Positions 53,301-63,662 of a DNA stretch of 64,000 nucleotides are shown here, in pieces. The translations under genes were made by a program, and so were the position numbers. Each line of letters begins with the position of its first letter. Position 1 is the first letter of the stretch. Source of the stretch: an uncultured bacterium (GTDB taxonomy: Bacteria > B130-G9); the NCBI GenBank assembly GCA_965372715.1, contig CBDVDH010000010.1, positions 1 to 64,000 of the forward strand, written 5' to 3'. Below the pieces are notes generated by a model. It saw only the letters and a list, made by a program, of their open reading frames with translations, ran no database searches and was not told where the DNA came from.

Positions 53301-56300
53301 GGCATGACCTGCTTCGTCAAGGGCCACCGTGTAGAAGTAATACGAGCCTTCTATCTCCGATGCCGGCGTGTAGTAGAGCGTGCCTAACTCGCCCGACCCC
53401 GAAAGACCGGTATCGACCCAGGGGCCGCCCTCGAACTTGGCCCACAAGGCAACATCAACGACCGGCGTTACCGTGTCGCTGGCCATGTAGATCACCTCTA
53501 TCGGGAACACGGTCCCGTAGGTGTCAACGCTCGCCAGCGACTGTGGCGGATTCAGGTCAACAGTGACCGTGCAGTCGTAACCGGCGGGAGGCACACCCTC
53601 GATATTGCCGGCTGCGTCCGTGCCAATGGTGTAGAAGTCATAAACACCCTCGTTACCCTGAGCATCAAACGTGACGGCGCCGTCCATGTCGTAAACCGTC
53701 GCGAACAGATAGTAGGCGCCCTCATAGCAGTAGTAAACGCGGATGGAGACAAGGCCATGGGCCTCAACCGTCGTGTATGTCAGGTCAAACTGTGCGGTCG
53801 GCGAGATGGCTGGCCCCGCAATTGATGTCTCTGGAGCTATACCATCGTAGAGCGTGGTCGCATCAGGAAAGTCCGGAATCGGCTCCAGGAACCAACTGCC
53901 GCTCGTGGCCCTCGTGAAGAACTGATAGTAGCCATCGCCGTCGGGGCAGACGAAATCGAGCGTCCCGGAAGGGTCGGTCGAGACCGTTGACGTTGTTATC
54001 CACCCCGCCGCCTCAGCCTCGGGAAGCGTCGCGCCATATCGGTAGTATAGCGTGACGTGGTCGTATCCGTCGTTGCCGATGTCGGTCGTGAAGTCTATCG
54101 GCACCGTCGGTTCCGTAACGTATCCCGGCGCGTCCATGTCGGACAGCGCTAGCCTTGGATCATAGAGGCAGACCGCGTCCGCATCGCCGCCCGTGCCCTC
54201 CACGTTGCCGGCGGCGTCCGTCGCCGCGAGGTAGAAGTTGTAGTAGCCAGGTCCCATGTCAGGCGCCCAAACAAACTCGCCGGACGCCGCGCTCTCGTCG
54301 AGGCCCGTGTCCCGCAGCGTGTCGTCTGGAACTCCGTCAAGGCCCGTATATCTGTAATACAGGTGAACGTTCGCTATCGCGGTAAGAACGTCAACCGATT
54401 GATAAGCCACGCTTATCGTCGGATCGTTCACGACGCCTTCCGTCTGGCCCGTGCTGACCGGTGGGGTCGTGTCAAAGACGCTCGTGCAGTCCGCCGCCCC
54501 GGGCGCCTCGTCGTTACCCGCAGCGTCGGTGGCGAGGCTCATGAAGCCATAGACCCCGTCGCCGTGCGGGAATGCAAACGCGAACGTGCCACTCTTCATG
54601 GCTATGGAATAGCCCGAGGTCCCGAACGTGTCGAAAACACCAGAATCAGCCCAGGTCCCACCATCGAAGTTATACCAGAGCGCAACTTTGGCGACGCCCG
54701 ACAGGCTGTCGTTTGCGGTGTAATCCAGCGTCAATGGGGACGTTGGTGTCTGCGCTACACAGTCAATCGATGACGCTGGTGGGGTTGTGTCTAAGATTAC
54801 TACTTGGTCCGGCGTGCTTGGCGGCGCCTCCTTATTCCCAACGTTGTCGGTGGCAATTGTCATGAGCTCATAATTGCCGTCGCCAAACTGCGGCGTAATC
54901 ACGGTCGGATCGAGGGAGAACGTACCGCTTTCGCCTGGCTGCGACTGATAGGAATCCTGCCACTGAGTCTCGCCCTCGAAACGGTAGTAAAGCTTCGTGG
55001 AGGCAACGCCCGTGCCCGCATCTGAGGCCGTGAAATCGACGTCAAATGGCAAGTCGCCGATCAGTGGATCAGCCGTGCAGCTCGACTGAGGCATCGTCTG
55101 GTCGAGGTTCACCGTTGTGTCCGCGGAGCCCGGTGAGTCCTCAACATTGCCGGCCATATCCTGCGAAATAGTATAGAAGCCATACACGCCGTCTCCGTCC
55201 GCGAACGTGAACGTAAATGTCCCCGAATCGGCAGAAATCGACTGGCCTGTATCTGTCCACACGCCGCCCTCATACAGATACCAAAGAGCGACCTCATCCA
55301 CATCATCGTTGTCGGACGCGGTGAAATCAACATCGACGGCGGCTGCGTTCGTCTCATCAATGCTCGTGCAGCTCGAAACCGGCTTGGTCGCGTCGTAGAG
55401 CATGTTGGCTTGTGAAGCTGTGGGCGGATTCTCAACGTTGCCGTTTAAGTCCGTCGCTATCGTGTAGAAGTCATACGCGCCCTCACCTGGGGGAGCATAG
55501 AAATCAAATGTGCCAGCGACGCCCGATTCAGTGAGCCCGCTATCGGTCCACGCACCGCCCTCGTAGCGATACCGAAGGACGGTCGAATCCACGCCGCTGA
55601 GGTTATCGTCAGCGGTGAAATCAACCTGAACCGGCAGATTCGTCCAGTAATACTCAAGCCCGGCGTCCGCCGACGAGTCAGGCGGCGTGTCGTCGTATAT
55701 CGTCGAGGCGTCAGGGGCGCCCGGGGCATCCTCTGTGTTGCCCACATGGTCCGTGGCTCTCGTGTAGAAATCATATACGCCATTGCCCGAGCCGAGCGTT
55801 ACGGCAAAGCTGCCGTTCTGAGCAGTCGAGCTGTCTATCATGCTGTAGCCGCCGCCGTCGGACTGCATCCAGAGATCGACTCTGTCCACTCCCGAATTAT
55901 CGTCCGATGATGTGTAGTCAACCGTTATGCTATTGGTCTGCGACCGGCCCGGCGCGGAACAACTCGACGAAGGCGGAGTGTAGTCGTCATAGACGAACGG
56001 CCCGTTCAGCTGCCCAGCATCCGGATACCTATCCGTTCCGCCTCGTCCGTCGTCGGCCGTGAAGTAGTAAGTCGCGAGTCCCTCCTCCGGGATCGTTCCC
56101 GCCCAGACATAGGTTCCATTGTCCGGATCGCCTGAATCCAAGAACATTATGCGCGGTGCATCGTTGACATAGACGAGAAGTGGCGACGGCGCGTCGCCGT
56201 CAGGATCGTAGTAGTCGATGTAGAAGCTGAAGTCCGTGTCGGTCCGACCAAACGCGGGGTCAAACGAGGGATTGGAGAGCACGGGAGGCGCGTTACAGTC

Positions 56301-56822
56301 ATCAAGCATCACATCCTCTATCCTCTCCTGAAGCTCCAGCGCGCAGTCTTCGCGGCAACCCCCAGAATGATACCAGCCAATCACCACGTCGCAGCCGATC
56401 GCCCACTCCTTGGGTATACCACCACCGCCGTCGTTATAAGCGTTTCGCCCTTCATTATAGGTGTCGAGGCCAAAGTCAAACTCGTAGCCGTGGCTATCCT
56501 TGTAGCCCTGCACAGCTGCTGCGCTGTCACCCCAAAGGTCCAGAGCAAGAATCTCGACTGGGTCGCCACTAGCCTGAAAATACTCATAGATATAAGTGTT
56601 AAACGCTGCCAGCGTGTATTCGCAGTGGCTTCACCCTATGCCGAATAAGCTGAGAACTACAATCTTGTCTTCGTATTGTTCGTGCAGCCAAACATCGTTT
56701 CCGTCCAGGTCTTGGTACCTAATGTCGGGCGCAGCATCGCCTTCTCCCGGCGCGCCCCAGGCAAGTGCGCTGGCGAAGATAAACGCTACCAGCAGGATTG
56801 ACAAAAGGATATTCCGATGCAT
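50316..56822 (-). CDS. Giant secreted putative selenoprotein (~2168 aa): signal peptide, thioredoxin-fold (TlpA/AhpC-TSA) domain with UxxC, ~16 Ig-like repeats, ASH/choice-of-anchor-D-like domain, two C-terminal domains
   Basis: ORFs 56631..56822 and 50316..56513 are in one frame separated only by TGA 56631-56633; readthrough gives GDAAPD...DLDG...KIVVLSLFGIG-U-SHC; strong RBS AGGAGG before ATG 56822; 15 ~100-aa DxTxPxS...SGV...GxYxFYTxAxDxAGNxE repeats plus one other Ig-like unit. Confidence 0.82.
52743..52784. repeat. Family A 42-bp palindromic repeat inserted in frame within the giant gene
   Basis: GGCAGACTTCGCCATAGTAGC-N7-GCTACGTCGGCTGA is the reverse complement of the 47069-47110 pattern. 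Confidence 0.88.
56600..56618 (-). promoter_or_regulatory. Candidate bacterial SECIS hairpin
   Basis: UAC-ACGCU-GGC-AGCGU-UUA; G-starting loop 20 nt downstream of the UGA. Confidence 0.5.
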
Positions 56823-56905
56823 TGCTTACCTCCTTTTTAGGTTTCGCATCGCTGTCACAGCCGCTGAGCCCCTTGTGGCTCTACGAGCGGCACAAATAGC
56901 CCAAG

Positions 56906-56987
56906 TGGGGAGAGGAGGGTTCGAACCTCCGAAGGCTACGCCAACAGGTTTACAGCCTGCCCCCTTTGACCACTTGGGTATCTCCCC
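56906..56987 (-). tRNA. tRNA-Tyr (GTA)
   Basis: GCAGG-CTGTAAA-CCTGT, long variable arm, GGTTCGAACC. Confidence 0.95.
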
Positions 56988-57020
56988 ACAAAAAATAGCA
57001 CAACGCTCATTGCAAAGTCA

Positions 57021-57092
57021 AGCTGGCGAAGGGAGTCGAACCCCCGACCGGCTGATTACAAATCAGCTGCTCTACCACTGAGCTACGCCAGC
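57021..57092 (-). tRNA. tRNA-Thr (TGT)
   Basis: GCTGGCG acceptor; CTGA-TTTGTAA-TCAG region with TGT anticodon. Confidence 0.95.
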
Positions 57093-57116
57093 CCAGTATC
57101 AATAATCTCTCCACGT

Positions 57117-57146
57117 AAAATAACTGCTCCCACCTATCAAGGTCAA
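57117..57146 (-). promoter_or_regulatory. Putative promoter TTGACC-N18-TATTTT for tRNA-Thr/Tyr
   Basis: Partial consensus ~25 nt upstream of tRNA-Thr. Confidence 0.4.
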
Positions 57147-57200
57147 GAGGCAAAACACAGAGGAGTTTACGCGAGGCGGATATAGGGAGGGACAGCTCGT

Positions 57201-57339
57201 GTAGGGGTGCTGCTTGCCGCACCCTTAATACACGTTCCGTTGTGATGTCAACCCAGGGCGGAGCAAGCGCCGCCCCTACAAGCCGCCCTTCGTATGTCCG
57301 GTCAAATCAGAGGAGGGCAGGCACGGTGACCTGCCCCAC
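57201..57339. repeat. Cluster of three GTAG-type REP-like palindromes downstream of ispF
   Basis: GTAGGGGTGC..GCACCC; GGGCGGAGCAAGCGCCGCCCCTAC; GGGCAGG..CCTGCCCCAC. Confidence 0.75.
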
Positions 57340-57356
57340 AAGCCCGGCCGCTCTAG

Positions 57357-57836
57357 TCAACCCCGCTGCGCCACAGTCGCCACCGCAAAGGCCGCGATGC
57401 CCTCTTTTGCGCCCAAGAAACCCAGCCCCTCGGTGGTCGAGGCCTTGACGCTGACGCACGGCAGGGGAATGCGCAGGGCGCCGGCTATCGCTTCCCGCAT
57501 CCGGGCATAGTGGGGGCCAAGCTTCGGCTCCTGCGCGATAATCACGCTGTCAATGAATTCGGGAACGTAGCCGGCCTTTTCTATCGTCTCACGGACCTTC
57601 GCCAAGAGGTCGAGGCTGAAGGCGTCCTTGTAACGAGCGTCGGTGTCTGGGAATTGCTGGCCGATGTCCGGCAGACAGGCTGCACCCAAGAGGGCGTCGG
57701 AGATGGCGTGGCAGAGGCAGTCCCCGTCAGAGTGCCCCAGAAGACCCTTTTGGTATGGAACCTCGACGCCGCCCAGCACCAGCTTGCGGCCGAAAGCGAG
57801 CCGATGACAATCAAAACCTATTCCGAACCGAACCAT
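57357..57836 (-). CDS. ispF: 2-C-methyl-D-erythritol 2,4-cyclodiphosphate synthase
   Basis: GFD.H, GHSDGD..HA..DALLGA, KA.TTEGLG. Confidence 0.96.
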   Translation of the reverse strand: MVRFGIGFDCHRLAFGRKLVLGGVEVPYQKGLLGHSDGDCLCHAISDALLGAACLPDIGQQFPDTDARYKDAFSLDLLAKVRETIEKAGYVPEFIDSVIIAQEPKLGPHYARMREAIAGALRIPLPCVSVKASTTEGLGFLGAKEGIAAFAVATVAQRG

Positions 57837-58525
57837 TCCCCGCTCCTCGCGCTCAAGAGGGCGTTTGCGATCGCAAGATCATCCTGGAACGTGACCTTCA
57901 GGTTCGCCGGATGGCCTCGCAGAATCCTGATCTTGCCTCCTATCGCCTCAACCAGCGCAGCGTCGTCAGTGGCGACCAGTCCCTCAGCCCTGGCATGTTC
58001 GTGAGCCTTCAGCAGCCACTCTTTCTTGAAGACCTGCGGCGTCTGGACCTCGTAAAGGTTTTCTCTCAAGACCGTTTGCTGCACGATCCCATCAGCCGTC
58101 GCGCGCTTCAAGGTATCGGTAACAGGGACCCCGTAAATCGCTCCTGCGCAATCGCCGAGCCCCTCGATTGCCGAGGCCACCCATTCACTCCGCAACATAG
58201 GCCGCACAGCATCGTGGATCACGACGATCTCCACCCTTTCGTCGCACGCGTGCAAACCGTTGAACACTGAATCCTGGCGACGCGGGCCGCCAAGGACGGT
58301 CCTGGTCAACTTTGGGAATCGCCCCGCGGGAGCAAGCGACTCGAAGCGCTTTCTGCCCCCTTTGGAGAGCACAAGAACTATCTCTGACACGCCCTCGCAG
58401 CTCTGAAAGGCCTGAACCGAATACAAGACCATCGGGACCCCGCAGACCTCAACGAAAGGTTTCTCAACGCCCGAACCCATCCTAGCGCCCAAGCCGCCCG
58501 CAACTACTATCGCTGAAACGAACAT
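57818..58525 (-). CDS. ispD: 2-C-methyl-D-erythritol 4-phosphate cytidylyltransferase
   Basis: AGG.G.RMG...K, GG.RRQDSV, IHDAVRP, QTPQVF, ATDD, NLKVT. Confidence 0.95.
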   Translation of the reverse strand: MFVSAIVVAGGLGARMGSGVEKPFVEVCGVPMVLYSVQAFQSCEGVSEIVLVLSKGGRKRFESLAPAGRFPKLTRTVLGGPRRQDSVFNGLHACDERVEIVVIHDAVRPMLRSEWVASAIEGLGDCAGAIYGVPVTDTLKRATADGIVQQTVLRENLYEVQTPQVFKKEWLLKAHEHARAEGLVATDDAALVEAIGGKIRILRGHPANLKVTFQDDLAIANALLSARSGEWFGSE

Positions 58526-58603
58526 CTGACTGTCCTTCATCATCGTCGTTCCATAACAGGCCGACACAAGGATGCTGTGTCACAATTCTGCAGACGGTTC
58601 TGC

Positions 58604-58671
58604 GTAGGGGTGTTCGCAGCGCGGCGAACCGCACCCGTTAGGTTTTCGGGCGGAGCAAGCGCCGCCCCTAC
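58604..58671. repeat. Inverted pair of GTAG-type REP-like palindromes upstream of ispD
   Basis: 58648-58671 is identical to 57256-57279 (24 nt). Confidence 0.8.
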
Positions 58672-58750
58672 AGAGCCTTCCCGTCGTTCTGGGGCCGCGC
58701 TCTAGAGACCCGCCGGTTGCAGAGGAATACCCTCCCTGCCGCTGGTCAGT

Positions 58751-59815
<1,065 letters not shown>

Positions 59816-60121
59816 CTCACTCAACCTCCTGTAAGAAAGCTGCACGTTCCCTTGACCGGCCCATTCATCTGAAAAACGCAGGACTGCCACCCAATACGCT
59901 TGTGTAACGCCATCACGTTCCGCTCGACAGATAAGCGTGAAGGGCTCTTGCCCTTGCTGCGGGCCGGTTCAAATGTGCCACAAACTAAAAGAATAAATAA
60001 TATGCCACGAAATCAACGAGGGGCTCAGTACTTTTGATCCTCGCCCATCATTCACCATGCACTAAGCATCCCAAATATCAGATCGCTTTCAACCCGCAGT
60101 CTTGTGCTCAATAAATGTAAC

Positions 60122-61309
60122 TCATTTGGGCCCTACTGGTTCCATCTCCTCGATTCTTTTCTTTTTTCTCTCTTGGGGCTTGCCGCGACGCTTCGGCCTG
60201 CCCGGACACTTCATCGGCTCCCGCGTCTTGAGCCCCAAATAAAGAGGAATCCTTATCTCGTCGCCTATCTTCAGCGTATTTGGGTCCAGGTCTTTGTTGA
60301 AGTCCCTTATCTTCCGCCAGTTGTTCGGGTTGCCGGTATACCACCTGGAAATAGCAAAGAGAGTCTCGCCATTACACCTAATGTTGTGCAGTATGTAGCC
60401 CTCTCTCAAGGCAGCGCTCGCTATATCCACGAGCTCCCCTGCGAGTCTATCCGTCAGACTTGCGCATTCCTTTAGCTTGCCCTTCTCGAGTAGTTGCTTG
60501 GCCCCTGTAATACCTCTCTCCCATGCTCCCAGGTCGGACCGTAGCCCATCAATAACGCTCCTCTTCGCGGCGCCGGTCGAAGCCTCGAATACTCGCCTTG
60601 CGGCGGACACATACTGCTTCTCGAGCGACGTAATCGACGCTCTCAGGTCCTGCTTCCTCAGATCGCTGGCCTTCCTGATCTCTGCCTGAGCGGCCCCAGA
60701 ACTAAGCAGTCTGAAGCTCTTGAATACTCCGTGAATCTCATCCTTGACCAACTCGTAGAGCAAGTCGGAAGTCCGGCAGACAATCGCAAAGCCACTAGAC
60801 CCGGCCGTTATGAGCCAAATCCTGTAGATGAACCTATCCGATTCAACCTGTTGGTGGTAACCCACCTCGAGCGCCTCACCCCAGTGCATTGTCAGTTTGC
60901 GCCGTTCAATCTGGCGCATCGGATAGACCTGGCGAGTTACCGAGGCAATCATCTTCTCATACTTCTCAGGATTGCTCAGATTGCGCTTCGGATTGAAACT
61001 GAACACAGCGACCTTGCCGAACGTTGCGTTGTCCTTGCCCCGGAACGTAACAAGAGTGCCTCGCATATACCACGGGGCCTGAGTAGCTGCCCATCCCAAA
61101 GGGACCACGAACCGAAAACCGTAACCCTCGTTTACATAGGTCCGATGAATGAAAATCCCCGGATCTGAACGGACCCGAACGGGAAAAGAAGCCCCGCAGC
61201 CAACCAACCACAAGCAGAAGAACAACAAGAAAACAGCCCGGGCAAAAAAGTCCGACCTCGCAACGCCATCAAAGCCCGTTGAACTACCGTCTGCGCTAGT
61301 CTGACGCAT
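60122..61309 (-). CDS. Putative lipoprotein with a PsbP-like N-terminal domain and C-terminal LysM domain
   Basis: LVGC lipobox; YGF.F.VP.GW; GETLFAISRWYTGN...W.KI...N....PNTLKIG..I.IP. Confidence 0.7.
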   Translation of the reverse strand: MRQTSADGSSTGFDGVARSDFFARAVFLLFFCLWLVGCGASFPVRVRSDPGIFIHRTYVNEGYGFRFVVPLGWAATQAPWYMRGTLVTFRGKDNATFGKVAVFSFNPKRNLSNPEKYEKMIASVTRQVYPMRQIERRKLTMHWGEALEVGYHQQVESDRFIYRIWLITAGSSGFAIVCRTSDLLYELVKDEIHGVFKSFRLLSSGAAQAEIRKASDLRKQDLRASITSLEKQYVSAARRVFEASTGAAKRSVIDGLRSDLGAWERGITGAKQLLEKGKLKECASLTDRLAGELVDIASAALREGYILHNIRCNGETLFAISRWYTGNPNNWRKIRDFNKDLDPNTLKIGDEIRIPLYLGLKTREPMKCPGRPKRRGKPQERKKKRIEEMEPVGPK

Positions 61310-63230
61310 TCCCCAGCTGCCCTATAACTTGGTCTCTCTTTCTCTTCAAGTCTCTGTTGTCCGGACACGCCCTGACGCCCTCCGAGAAAACCTTCGCCGC
61401 TCGCTGCAGGTTACCCATCTTGTGATAAGTTACGCCCAAATTGATGTAAGCGTCACATACAAGAGACGAACCCGAGCCTATCACAACCTTGAACTCCTCG
61501 GCCGCTTTTGAATAGCTCTTGAGCGAAAGGTACGCATGACCCAGGTTGAAATGAGCGAGCGGAAGGTCCGGCTTGATCGAGAGTGCTTTCCTATAGTTGG
61601 AGAGCGCTCGTTGATAGTCGCTCGCACGTGAATGAACCCGACCGGCCTGCAAATACGCCTCGTAGGAATCGGGATGAATCCGAATAGCTTTGCGGAAGAA
61701 CTCAAGCGCAGTGTCTGGATCATCCTTCATCCTGTCCTTGCCGACTTCTACACAGCAATCCGAGTAGTCCTTTGCGAGCTCGGGGAGCTCTCCCCGAGCA
61801 AGCTCCATCGCCTTCTCAAACCTGACCAGAGCCTTTCGCCTTTCGCCCTTGTCAGACAACGCCTTGGCCTGCAAAGCCACGTCCCTCGCCAAGTCCACGC
61901 GGTCCGACCGTACGCTTCTGCGCCCAGGCGCCAATGCGTCCAACCTGGGCTCCGAGAGCTCGCTCGGCACCGGAGCCGTCAACCTGATCCCTCCTCTCGT
62001 CTCCTCCCCTACCAGAGCCAAAATCAAGTACCCCGAAAGGAAAACAACGCCGAGCATCAGCATCAAAAGGAACATGAGCAGCGGCTCACGCTGGAGCGCT
62101 CGAGGAGACCTTGCCGCCCGCAACAGGACGGAAACCGCGCCCTTCAACGTTCCTCTATGCCTACCCAACGGGGAAGCGGAGGGCCCTTTGGCCTCTCCTT
62201 TCTCGGCCGGCTTGCGCTGCGCCGCCTCCAATGCCGTCTCAAACAGCCCTTCCACCTCAGGCTCCCCAATGTGTGAATGCGCTCTGCCGATGCCACCCTG
62301 CGCCTTGGCGTTGTCCGGGTCCAGCTTCAGAACCTGCTGCCAGATCGCCATCGCAGAACGGTATTTGCCCTCATTATAGAGACTGAACGCTCGCCTGTTA
62401 AGCCTTACGACCTCCGCATACGTAACATCCCCGCTAATAAAGGCCTCCATCTCCTTCACAGTCTGGAAGCGCTCGTCCGGTGATTTCTGCATCGCCTTCA
62501 CAATCGCATCCTCAATCACCTGAGGAATCCGTTCAACGATGCTGCGAGGCGCCGGCGCCGTCTCCTTCACGTGCCGCTCCATTATCTCAAAAGCGCTATT
62601 CCCAGAAAATGCGGGCCGACCTGTTGCCATCTCATACAAGAGGGCGCCGAGCGAATAGAGGTCCGAACGCTCATCAATGGGCTCACGCCTGATCTCCTCC
62701 GGCGACAGATACCGAACGCGGCCCAAGACCGAGGTAGCCGTCAGCATCGCGGTCGCGCCAACTATCCTCGATTGGCCAAAATCCGCCACCTTAAGGCCGC
62801 TGTCCTCGCCCAGGAGAACGTTGCTCGGCCTTATGTCCCCGTGCAGCACTCCCATCTTGTGAGCCGACTCTATAGCCTGCAGAATCTGCGAGAACATCGA
62901 AAGCAACCTCTCTGGCGGCACAGGGCCGTCGTCGGTGATAACCTCTCGCAATGACCGCCGCTTCAACATCTCCATTATTATGAAGTAACTGTCATACTGC
63001 TTGACAAAATCATAGATGACCACGATGTTGGGATGGCTAAGCTTGGACTGCGCAAGCGCCTCAACTCGAAAACGCTCACGTACCGACAGGTCCGATGTCT
63101 GGAAGAGCTTTAGCTGCTTGACAGCGACCGGGCGGCCCAGGCTGGGCTGAACAGCACGATAGACTATCGCGCTTGAGCCCTCTCCAATTAGGCCCTTAAC
63201 TTCGTACGAGCCTACCCACTTACCGATCAT
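61296..63230 (-). CDS. Hanks-type Ser/Thr kinase with TM helix and TPR repeats (probable start ATG 63230)
   Basis: IGEG..AIVY, VAVK, HGDIRPSN, DFG, SPE, SDLYSLG; TPRs AHFNLG, YINLG. Confidence 0.88.
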   Translation of the reverse strand: MIGKWVGSYEVKGLIGEGSSAIVYRAVQPSLGRPVAVKQLKLFQTSDLSVRERFRVEALAQSKLSHPNIVVIYDFVKQYDSYFIIMEMLKRRSLREVITDDGPVPPERLLSMFSQILQAIESAHKMGVLHGDIRPSNVLLGEDSGLKVADFGQSRIVGATAMLTATSVLGRVRYLSPEEIRREPIDERSDLYSLGALLYEMATGRPAFSGNSAFEIMERHVKETAPAPRSIVERIPQVIEDAIVKAMQKSPDERFQTVKEMEAFISGDVTYAEVVRLNRRAFSLYNEGKYRSAMAIWQQVLKLDPDNAKAQGGIGRAHSHIGEPEVEGLFETALEAAQRKPAEKGEAKGPSASPLGRHRGTLKGAVSVLLRAARSPRALQREPLLMFLLMLMLGVVFLSGYLILALVGEETRGGIRLTAPVPSELSEPRLDALAPGRRSVRSDRVDLARDVALQAKALSDKGERRKALVRFEKAMELARGELPELAKDYSDCCVEVGKDRMKDDPDTALEFFRKAIRIHPDSYEAYLQAGRVHSRASDYQRALSNYRKALSIKPDLPLAHFNLGHAYLSLKSYSKAAEEFKVVIGSGSSLVCDAYINLGVTYHKMGNLQRAAKVFSEGVRACPDNRDLKRKRDQVIGQLGNASD

Positions 63231-63370
63231 CTCTGAATCCCTCAACCCACTAAACGAACCAAAAGCTCTTCCCCGCGCCGCCAATCGTAAGCTAAGCGGA
63301 CAAGAGAAGCACCCTTGGGTCCATTTTGCAGCATAGACCTTCAGATCGCAAGCACTATTGTCCATTGAAA

Positions 63371-63399
63371 AACCTAACTCACCCAAGAATAAATGTCAA
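63371..63399 (-). promoter_or_regulatory. Putative promoter TTGACA-N17-TAGGTT for the kinase gene
   Basis: Consensus -35 and partial -10. Confidence 0.45.
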
Positions 63400-63558
63400 T
63401 TCCCGGAGCTGTTTTACAGCAGGAAAACCGGCGAAAAGGGGAAAGGGGAATCCACATCCGCGAAGGCAATGGCGGACAGCAAAGAAAGATGGGTGCAATG
63501 CTCCTTCGTTCGCCGCGCGCCGAACGCCGTCATCCGCTGTCGCCTCGCACGAAAAAGC

Positions 63559-63587
63559 TTGACAAGCAACCGGGGGGGCCGTACAAT
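63559..63587 (+). promoter_or_regulatory. sigma70 promoter TTGACA-N17-TACAAT with a G7 run in the spacer
   Basis: Near-perfect consensus upstream of ORF 63663. Confidence 0.7.
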
Positions 63588-63662
63588 GCATTCTTGTTAC
63601 GAAAAATACGGTTTAACATTTTGCCTTTTTGTCTCAATCAAATAGAATAGGAGGCGCACAGG

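Noticed and set aside
54590-54630. Second loop insertion in Ig repeat 5 (FGTSGYSIAMKS) with a small palindrome GGCTA-N5-TAGCC, a possible decayed family A element
   Set aside because: Similarity to the 42-bp consensus is too weak to support.
50316-56513. 2065-aa ORF starting at GTG 56513 as a stand-alone gene
   Set aside because: It starts mid-thioredoxin domain with no signal peptide or clear RBS; the upstream in-frame segment supplies both.
56631-56633. TGA read as Trp or Gly under an alternative genetic code
   Set aside because: TGA terminates many conserved genes here (rpmJ, infA, rpsQ, rplL, rpmG) at the expected lengths.
59970-60012. Two GTGGCA motifs upstream of the PIN/TRAM gene resembling sigma54 -24 boxes
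   Set aside because: No TTGC -12 element at the required spacing.
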